From Salegentibacter sp. (GTDB lineage: Bacteria > Bacteroidota > Bacteroidia > Flavobacteriales > Flavobacteriaceae): 44,935 nt of DNA. Within the stretch, counting starts at the first letter, position 1; the number at the start of each line of letters is the position of its first letter. Positions 37,959 through 44,935 of the stretch are shown piece by piece. The notes beneath the pieces are model-generated. The model was not told the origin of the DNA and did no database searches. It saw only the letters and a program-made list of their open reading frames with translations. The stretch is taken from contig DATISX010000096.1 in the NCBI GenBank assembly GCA_035468275.1, positions 1-44,935 on the forward strand, read 5' to 3'. The position numbers and the translations under genes are program-made.

Positions 37959-39221
37959 ATGAGAGATTTATTTGATAAAATTTATAAAGATAAAGGACCA
38001 TTAGGAAAATGGGCAGAGCAGGCCGAGGGCTATTTTGTATTCCCTAAGTTAGAAGGCCCAATTTCAAATAGAATGAAGTTTAGAGGGAAAGATGTTATTA
38101 CCTGGAGTATAAACGATTATTTAGGTCTTTCTAACCATCCTGAAGTAAGAAAAGTTGATGCCGAGGCTGCTGCCGAGTACGGATCTGCATATCCTATGGG
38201 TGCCAGAATGATGAGTGGACATACTAGCTTGCATGAGCGTCTTGAAGATGAGCTGGCTTCCTTTGTACATAAACAGTCTGCCTATCTTCTTAACTTTGGA
38301 TATCAGGGAATGGTTTCTACCATCGATGCCCTTGTTTCTAAATCTGATGTTATTGTATATGATGTAGATGCTCACGCCTGTATTATTGACGGGGTAAGAT
38401 TACACCTTGGACAACGCTTCACCTACAAGCATAACGATATGGAAAGTATCGAAAAGAACCTGCAACGTGCCACAAAAATAGCCGAGCAAACCGGAGGTGG
38501 AATACTGCTTATTTCTGAAGGTGTTTTCGGAATGCGCGGGGAACAAGGGAGACTTAAGGAAATTGTTGAGCTGAAGAAAAAATATAATTTCCGCTTATTT
38601 GTTGATGATGCACATGGTTTTGGAACTCTTGGAAAAACAGGAGCCGGAGCCGGTGAAGAGCAAGGCGTCCAGGACGAAATAGATGTTTATTTCGCTACTT
38701 TTGCCAAGGCAATGGCCAGTACAGGAGCTTTTATCGCTGCCGATAAAGAAATAATAGATTATTTAAAATATAATCTGCGTTCGCAGATGTTCGCCAAATC
38801 TCTTCAGATGCAACTTGTAGTAGGTGCATTGAAACGTTTGGATATGCTGCGCACCATGCCCGAACTTAAGGATAAACTTTGGGAAAATGTAAACGCCCTT
38901 CAAAATGGATTAAAAGATCGCGGATTCGACATTGGAACTACGCAAAGTTGTGTGACACCTGTTTATCTTAAAGGAAGTATTCCGGAGGCTATGGCCCTTG
39001 TAAAGGATCTTAGAGAAAATCATGGGATTTTTTGTTCGATTGTTGTTTATCCTGTTATTCCAAAAGGCATGATTTTGCTTAGAATGATCCCTACTGCAAG
39101 TCATACCATGGAAGATATTGAGGAAACCCTGGTTGCTTTTACTGCAATTAGAGAACGACTCGAAAACGGAACTTACAAAAGATTATCTGCTTCTGTGGAG
39201 GCAGCGATGACCGGGAAATAA
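37959..39221 (+). CDS. Alpha-oxoamine synthase family enzyme, probable cysteate-C-fatty acyltransferase (CapB/SulA-like)
   Basis: Start MRDLFDKI (37959). NDYLGL, GARMMSG, HACIIDG, EGVFGM.G, DDAHGFG and ATFAK (PLP Lys). Confidence 0.8.
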   Translation: MRDLFDKIYKDKGPLGKWAEQAEGYFVFPKLEGPISNRMKFRGKDVITWSINDYLGLSNHPEVRKVDAEAAAEYGSAYPMGARMMSGHTSLHERLEDELASFVHKQSAYLLNFGYQGMVSTIDALVSKSDVIVYDVDAHACIIDGVRLHLGQRFTYKHNDMESIEKNLQRATKIAEQTGGGILLISEGVFGMRGEQGRLKEIVELKKKYNFRLFVDDAHGFGTLGKTGAGAGEEQGVQDEIDVYFATFAKAMASTGAFIAADKEIIDYLKYNLRSQMFAKSLQMQLVVGALKRLDMLRTMPELKDKLWENVNALQNGLKDRGFDIGTTQSCVTPVYLKGSIPEAMALVKDLRENHGIFCSIVVYPVIPKGMILLRMIPTASHTMEDIEETLVAFTAIRERLENGTYKRLSASVEAAMTGK

Positions 39222-39233
39222 AGAAGATATTTT

Positions 39234-39281
39234 AGAACATAAAAAAAGGTGGCTGAGATCGGCCACCTTTTTTTATGTTCT
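39234..39281. terminator. Bidirectional terminator, 20-bp perfect inverted repeat
   Basis: AGAACATAAAAAAAGGTGGC (39234-39253) pairs with GCCACCTTTTTTTATGTTCT (39262-39281). Confidence 0.85.
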
Positions 39282-39293
39282 TAATTCAGAAAA

Positions 39294-40247
39294 CTAATTT
39301 AATTCTTCCCCTGCTTCTTTCTCTATGAATTCACCATCTTCATAGCGCATCCTGCTTTTTCCCTCTTCTTCGATATATTCTTCATCCTGGTGCATATCTA
39401 ACCTATAGGAAACCCCGGCAGCTACCTGCCAGCGGGAAGGCGTGTCTTTAACATTAATTAAGCCCGATATATCCAATTGAAAATCTTTTCCAAAAAGATA
39501 AGCAGCGCCACCTCGGAAGAGATCATCAGCGTAGATATCACTAATTAATCCCTGGTATTCGCCAAATACAGCAAATCTTGGGGTAATAGCGTGGGTAAGG
39601 GTCGCTATTCCGGCATAAGTGGGGTATTCTTCCGTGAACTTATCGGCAATCAAATTGATAACTAAAACCCAGCGGCCCCAGTTATTTTGAGTAATGATCG
39701 CAGCCTTCGGACTTATTACAGATTCTCCTTCGAACATATAGGGATTGTCCCACCAGGAAAAATTTGCCCCGGCATAGACGGATACGGCAGGAATCAATGT
39801 TCTCCATTTAAATCCCTGGTTTGCTTTCCAACTGTATAAATTGGGTTTATCCTCTTTTAAACTTTTATTAGGGTCAAAAAGCAGAAATTTAGCCCCAAGA
39901 GTGTTCTGCGGAAAATTAGCACGCTCATATTCTTCTTCTATGACGCCACGGGAGAGGAGGGTTTGTTCATGCTGAAAAGATCCGAAAAAATTTAATTCAA
40001 GGATCTCAGTTAGGAAACCAAATCTTAACCCATAATTTGCTCCCAGAATATCGGTATCTGTATAAAACAGGGAATGATTATTATTCCCCATAAAACCTCC
40101 GGCTTCCAGCTGAAGTACATTTTTTCCCACGGCAAATGCACCCTGGGATTCACCCGGACGGTTGGAATTTATGGTTTCGGTATACTGGGCTCGGGTTTGT
40201 AAGCCCAGAAAGAAAATAAACAGAAAGAAAACCGTTTTTTTTAGCAT
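39294..40247 (-). CDS. Outer-membrane beta-barrel 'transporter' (MetA-pathway/PF13557-like)
   Basis: Signal peptide, INSNRPG.S, LQLEAG, amphipathic strands and terminal GVSYRL. TATATTTG box at 40268-40275. Confidence 0.75.
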   Translation of the reverse strand: MLKKTVFFLFIFFLGLQTRAQYTETINSNRPGESQGAFAVGKNVLQLEAGGFMGNNNHSLFYTDTDILGANYGLRFGFLTEILELNFFGSFQHEQTLLSRGVIEEEYERANFPQNTLGAKFLLFDPNKSLKEDKPNLYSWKANQGFKWRTLIPAVSVYAGANFSWWDNPYMFEGESVISPKAAIITQNNWGRWVLVINLIADKFTEEYPTYAGIATLTHAITPRFAVFGEYQGLISDIYADDLFRGGAAYLFGKDFQLDISGLINVKDTPSRWQVAAGVSYRLDMHQDEEYIEEEGKSRMRYEDGEFIEKEAGEELN

Positions 40248-40353
40248 AGCAGGAGTCTTTAATATATCAAATATAGAAGATTTTATTATTAATTTAGGAT
40301 TGCAATGCCTGTGATTGTAAAGCCTAATTTTTATTTTTGCAAAAAGCCCTTAA

Positions 40354-40629
40354 ATGTTAGAAGCATCTTTTACAGCTGTTCTCAAAACGATCTTAATAAT
40401 CCTGTTAGTATACTTCGGGTTTAAAATTTTGATTCGTTGGTTTGGCCCGTTAATCCTCAAATACTTTATGCGGAAAGTGGGAAAAAAGTTTGAGCAACAA
40501 TTTAATCAGCAAGAGCCGTTTTCTTCCCATAAAAAGGAGCCTAAGGTTAAAGTAGATAAAACCTCTGTAAAAAACCCTAAATCCAACAAAAAAGTAGGAG
40601 AATACATCGATTACGAAGAAATTGATTAA
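40354..40629 (+). CDS. DUF4834 family protein
   Basis: N-terminal TM helix, basic linker and C-terminal GEYIDYEEI. TATTTTTG box at 40332-40339. Confidence 0.85.
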   Translation: MLEASFTAVLKTILIILLVYFGFKILIRWFGPLILKYFMRKVGKKFEQQFNQQEPFSSHKKEPKVKVDKTSVKNPKSNKKVGEYIDYEEID

Positions 40630-40655
40630 TTTCGAGCCTACTAAAAAATGTTTTG

Positions 40656-43073
40656 ATGGTTCAGTACAAGCAGTATCTCCCTCATATTCTTGTTTTTATT
40701 GGTTTCGTAATAATTTCCCTCTTATACTTTAGTCCTGTTCTTCAGGGAAAAAAGATCTTTCAGAGCGACATCGTTCAGTATACCGGAATGGCGAAGGAAC
40801 AGAACGATTTCAGAGCTCAAACCGGGGAAGAACCTTACTGGACCAATGCTGCATTTGGCGGGATGCCTACCTATCAACTTGGTGCTAATTATCCGCATAA
40901 TTATGTGAAAAAACTGGATTCTGTTTTGCGCTTTCTTCCAAGGCCGGCAGATTATCTGTTCCTGTATTTTATAGGTTTTTACATATTCCTACTCACATTA
41001 AAATTAGACTTTAGGCTCGCATTTTTAGGTGCACTTGCCTTCGGGTTTTCAACTTATCTTATAATTATTCTTGGAGTTGGTCATAATGCCAAAGCTCATG
41101 CTATTGCCTATATGCCGATGGTGTTGGGAGGGATTATTCTTACCTTCAGGCAGAAGTTTTGGGCTGGATTTATTCTACTCGCTATTGCCATGGCTCTTGA
41201 AATTGGTGCAAACCATTTCCAAATGACATATTATTTGCTGTTGCTGGTAATTATTCTTGGAATAGCCTATCTCGTTGATGCTTATAGAAAAGGCTTGATT
41301 CCACAGTATTTTAAGGCTTTGGGAGTAATGGTTGTGGCTGTGATTGTAGCCATAGGAGCAAATGCCACTAATTTACTTGCAACGCAAGAATACACTCAAT
41401 TCAGTACGAGAGGAGATACCGGTCTCAAGATAGAGCCTGATGGGTCTGAAGCAACCGGAAGCGGCCTTGATTATTCCTATATCACTGAATACAGTTATGG
41501 AATAGTCGAAACCTTCAACCTTTTTATTCCAAGGTTTATGGGAGGCTCCAATGCTGAAAAACTCGATGAAGATTCAAATATTTACCAGGCAATAATAGGA
41601 TTAGGAGCGTCTCCTGCACAGGCAGCCGATTTTGCAGGAAATGCACCATCATACTGGGGAGATCAGCCTTTTGTTGGGGCACCGGCTTATATCGGAGCCA
41701 CAGTTTTATTCTTCTTTGTTTTTGCACTCTTTTTAATAAGAGGAAGGCTTAAATGGTGGATTATTGGCGGAAGCATTCTGGCTTTGATGCTATCGTGGGG
41801 GAAAAATTTCGGCTTCTTAACAGAATTCTTTATTGATTTTGTACCACTTTATAACAAGTTCAGGGCGGTTTCGTCTATTCAGGTTATTATAGAACTCTGT
41901 GTTCCTGTTTTAGCGATGGTGGGACTTTCCCGATTATTCTCTAAAGAAATTTCCGTTGATAAAAAAGAACATGCATTAAAATGGGCCGGGATTATTACCG
42001 GAGGACTGGCCTTATTCTTCCTTCTGTTTAAATCGGTTCTTTTTGATTTCGCCGGCGCTTCTGATGCCGGGTTGAGACAACAATTAGGGATGGATTTTAT
42101 GCGAGCATTAAAAGAAGACCGCAAGGAGATATTTACCGTAGATGCTATTAGAAGTCTTATTCTGGTAGGTTTATGTTTTGGTCTTATCTGGTTTTATCTT
42201 AAAGGTAAAATCAAAGAAAATCTTCTTGTTGGCGCATTTGCGATCCTGATTTTATTTGATTTAGTTGGAGTGGATCGTCGCTATGTAAATAATGATGATT
42301 TCGTAAATGCTAAGGAAATGGACGAGCCTTTCCAACCAACAGAGGCCGATCTGCAAATTTTACAGGATGAATCTCATTACCGCGTTTTCGATGTAAGTGG
42401 AAGTCCTTTTAATACCGGTAGAACATCCTATTTTCATAATAGCGTTGGAGGTTATCATGCCGCAAAACCGGGCCGCATGCAGGATCTCTTTGATTTTTAC
42501 ATTTCGCAAAATAATATGGACATTCTCAATATGCTGAATGTGAAATACTTTATTGTTCCTTCGGAAGATGGAGCACCACAAACTCAGCAAAATCCCGGGG
42601 CTTTTGGTAATGCGTGGTTGGTTAATGAACTGGAATGGGTTGCTAATGCTAACGAAGAAATTCTGAAGCTTGAAGATACAGACCTTCAAAATGTTGCTAT
42701 TTCCGATGAAAAATTTAAGGAAATCGCTCCGGAGAAAACGCAATGGAATGGCAATGGAGAGATAGATTTGATAAATGCCTCGCCAAATGAACTGGTTTAT
42801 GAGTTTCACTCGGATGATGAGCAACTGGCGGTTTTTTCAGAGATGTATTATAAACCGGGTTGGCAGGCTTATTTAGATGGGGAACCCTTAGAACATTTCA
42901 GGGTAAATTATGTGTTGAGGGCCATGGAAATTCCTGCCGGGAATCACGAAATCACCTTTAGATTTGAGCCGGAAGTGGTGAATACCGGAAGTGGTATTGC
43001 CCTGGCTAGTTCTATTGTCCTGATGCTGGCAATTCTTGGTGGATTATTCTACGGATTTCGCCGTAAGGATTAA
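40656..43073 (+). CDS. YfhO family polytopic membrane protein (GT-C-type glycosyltransferase-like)
   Basis: QSD motif after TM1, WTN..FGGMP, YNKFRA, GGYHAAK and the C-terminal SEMYY.PGW.AYLDG...IPAG.H.I.F.F.P domain. Confidence 0.85.
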   Translation: MVQYKQYLPHILVFIGFVIISLLYFSPVLQGKKIFQSDIVQYTGMAKEQNDFRAQTGEEPYWTNAAFGGMPTYQLGANYPHNYVKKLDSVLRFLPRPADYLFLYFIGFYIFLLTLKLDFRLAFLGALAFGFSTYLIIILGVGHNAKAHAIAYMPMVLGGIILTFRQKFWAGFILLAIAMALEIGANHFQMTYYLLLLVIILGIAYLVDAYRKGLIPQYFKALGVMVVAVIVAIGANATNLLATQEYTQFSTRGDTGLKIEPDGSEATGSGLDYSYITEYSYGIVETFNLFIPRFMGGSNAEKLDEDSNIYQAIIGLGASPAQAADFAGNAPSYWGDQPFVGAPAYIGATVLFFFVFALFLIRGRLKWWIIGGSILALMLSWGKNFGFLTEFFIDFVPLYNKFRAVSSIQVIIELCVPVLAMVGLSRLFSKEISVDKKEHALKWAGIITGGLALFFLLFKSVLFDFAGASDAGLRQQLGMDFMRALKEDRKEIFTVDAIRSLILVGLCFGLIWFYLKGKIKENLLVGAFAILILFDLVGVDRRYVNNDDFVNAKEMDEPFQPTEADLQILQDESHYRVFDVSGSPFNTGRTSYFHNSVGGYHAAKPGRMQDLFDFYISQNNMDILNMLNVKYFIVPSEDGAPQTQQNPGAFGNAWLVNELEWVANANEEILKLEDTDLQNVAISDEKFKEIAPEKTQWNGNGEIDLINASPNELVYEFHSDDEQLAVFSEMYYKPGWQAYLDGEPLEHFRVNYVLRAMEIPAGNHEITFRFEPEVVNTGSGIALASSIVLMLAILGGLFYGFRRKD

Positions 43074-43078
43074 CTGTT

Positions 43079-44356
43079 ATGAAAAAGGTTCTAATCATTA
43101 CATATTACTGGCCACCTGCCGGAGGACCCGGAGTTCAGCGTTGGTTGAAATTTGTAAAATACCTTCGTGAATTTGAGATAGAACCTGTAGTCTATGTTCC
43201 GGAGAATCCTGCTTATCCTATAACTGATAAAAACCTGGAAACCGAGATTCCTGAAAACCTTCAGATAATAAAACGAAGAATACTTGAGCCTTATAGTCTG
43301 GCGGGTATTTTTTCAAAAAAGGAAACTGAAACCATTAGTTCAGGCATAATTTCCGAAGAGAAAAATCAGGGGGTTTTACAACGGCTTATGTTATATGTTC
43401 GAGGGAATTTTTTCATTCCCGACGCCCGGAAATTCTGGGTAGAACCTTCAGTAAAATTCCTGAAATATTTTCTGCAGAAGGAAAAAATTGAAACTGTTGT
43501 CACCACCGGACCTCCGCATAGTCTCCATCTTATTGGATTGAAATTAAAAAAGGATTTAGATATAGAATGGGTCGCCGATTTCAGAGATCCCTGGACCCAA
43601 ATTGGGTATCATTCCAAGCTAAAACTCACTGCCGGTGCCATGAGAAAACATGAAGATCTGGAGCAGAAAGTTCTAAATACTGCCGATAAAATATTAGTGA
43701 CGAGTTATACCACCAAGGCAGAATTTGAAGGAAAAACTTCAAAACCCGTATATCTTATCACCAATGGTTATGATGAAGAGAATTTCGAAGAAATAACTCC
43801 GGATGAAAAATTTACTTTTTCCCATATAGGTTCTTTGCTTTCAGGGAGAAACCCTGAATTTCTCTGGAAAATTTTTTCAGAATTTATCAAAGAAAATGAG
43901 GATTTTAGTAATGTATTTAGACTTCGGTTGGTAGGGAAGGTTAGTCCTGAAGTAATAAATAGTATCAAAGAGAATAAGCTTGAGGATTATTTGGAATTGA
44001 TACCATACGTTAGTCACCGGGAAGCGCTGAAATTTCAGCGTAAAAGTCAGGTGTTACTACTGCTGGAAATAGATAGTGAAGAAACCAGAGGTATAATTCC
44101 AGGAAAAATATTTGAATATCTGTATGCCAAAAGACCAATCCTGGCAATTGGGCCTGAAGAATGGGATGTTCAGAAAATATTGAAGGAAACCGGGGCTGGG
44201 GAGTGTTATAATTATTCAGATAAGGAGGCGGTTAAAATAGAAATAAAAAGACTTTTTTCTGATTTTAAACAAGGTAACTTAAAAAGCACTTCCCACAATA
44301 TAGAACAATATAGTCGACGAGAGCTTACAGGGAAATTAGCTAACTTGCTAAGGTAA
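43079..44356 (+). CDS. Glycosyltransferase family 4 protein
   Basis: YYWPPAGGPGVQRW, TGPPHS, ADFRDPW, ITNGYD and PGKIFEY. Confidence 0.9.
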   Translation: MKKVLIITYYWPPAGGPGVQRWLKFVKYLREFEIEPVVYVPENPAYPITDKNLETEIPENLQIIKRRILEPYSLAGIFSKKETETISSGIISEEKNQGVLQRLMLYVRGNFFIPDARKFWVEPSVKFLKYFLQKEKIETVVTTGPPHSLHLIGLKLKKDLDIEWVADFRDPWTQIGYHSKLKLTAGAMRKHEDLEQKVLNTADKILVTSYTTKAEFEGKTSKPVYLITNGYDEENFEEITPDEKFTFSHIGSLLSGRNPEFLWKIFSEFIKENEDFSNVFRLRLVGKVSPEVINSIKENKLEDYLELIPYVSHREALKFQRKSQVLLLLEIDSEETRGIIPGKIFEYLYAKRPILAIGPEEWDVQKILKETGAGECYNYSDKEAVKIEIKRLFSDFKQGNLKSTSHNIEQYSRRELTGKLANLLR

Positions 44357-44365
44357 TTACAGACT

Positions 44366-44935
44366 ATGGGTGTAATTTTAAATCAATCTTTTAAAAACCT
44401 TGTCACCACTTATCTTGGTTTTGGAATTGGTGCACTCAATACCCTTTTTCTTTTTACTTATTTTCTTGAACAGGAATATTATGGCCTGGTAAGTTTCCTG
44501 CTTTCGGCGGCTAATTTAATCTGGCCTTTTATGGCATTTGGGGTGCATAGTACCCTGGTTAAATTTTTCAGTTTTTATAAATCCGAACGGGAAAAAGACA
44601 GATTGCTCAATCTGGTGTTGTTTCTTCCTTTGGTGGTTTCTGCTTTTTTTGGGATGCTAGGGGTTTTAAGTTATGATCTTTTATTAGACTACTTTTCTGA
44701 AGGCAATGCGCTGGTACAACCTTATATCTGGCTAATTTTCCTGATTGCGGTGGCTACAGCTTATTTCGAGGTCTTTTTTGCCTGGTATAAGGTTCATTTC
44801 CGAAGTGTCTTCGGAAATGTTATGAAAGAGGTATTCCATAGAATTTGCATAAGTTTACTATTATTCGCGGTTTATTTTGAGATTCTAAGTGTGCATTGGT
44901 TCATTTATGGAGTAGCGCTCGTTTTTGTAATTAGG
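44366..44935 (+). CDS. Wzx/MATE-like oligosaccharide flippase, truncated by the window edge
   Basis: Manual translation gives MGVILNQSFKNLVTTYLGFGIGALNTLFL...YYGLV..., open for 190 codons to the edge and highly hydrophobic. Confidence 0.8.
   Translation, partial: MGVILNQSFKNLVTTYLGFGIGALNTLFLFTYFLEQEYYGLVSFLLSAANLIWPFMAFGVHSTLVKFFSFYKSEREKDRLLNLVLFLPLVVSAFFGMLGVLSYDLLLDYFSEGNALVQPYIWLIFLIAVATAYFEVFFAWYKVHFRSVFGNVMKEVFHRICISLLLFAVYFEILSVHWFIYGVALVFVIR

Noticed and set aside
39234-39281. 20-bp perfect inverted repeat as MITE or IS ends
   Set aside because: Only an 8-nt loop, with A/T tracts on both sides between convergent genes. It is explained as a bidirectional terminator.
1-44935. CRISPR array, tRNA/rRNA, prophage, transposase, toxin-antitoxin or defence genes
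   Set aside because: No regularly spaced repeats, RNA-gene signatures or matching protein motifs were seen. Intergenic gaps are all about 300 nt or less. A covariance-model scan would be needed to exclude small ncRNAs.

Overview
A 44.9-kb stretch of mostly core chromosome from a Bacteroidota bacterium. The T9SS cargo protein, the fused CcsBA, repeated TAnnTTTG promoter boxes and A-rich, SD-less starts point to Flavobacteriaceae, probably a marine Salegentibacter/Gramella-like lineage (inference). It holds about 38 tightly packed CDSs, including iscS-like, pccB, trxB, fumC, frameshifted prfB, ltaE, ptrB and ccsBA. I see no rRNA, tRNA, CRISPR array, prophage, transposase or defence island. Items missing from the ORF track: the programmed +1 frameshift N-terminus of prfB, a 35-aa membrane microprotein coupled inside a PIG-L deacetylase/SSS transporter/oxidoreductase operon, a 47-aa ORF after an orphan pccB, and partial CDSs at both edges. 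Best second-look items: a probable sulfonolipid (capnine) capA-capB pair, the PIG-L/microprotein/SSS/Gfo uptake module, a KOW-Smr nuclease, a 2-hydroxyacid dehydrogenase homologue lacking the catalytic residues, a DGGGP-synthase-like prenyltransferase operon, candidate regulator sites, candidate leaderless genes and a REP-like dimer. No clearly novel large system is demonstrable from sequence alone.
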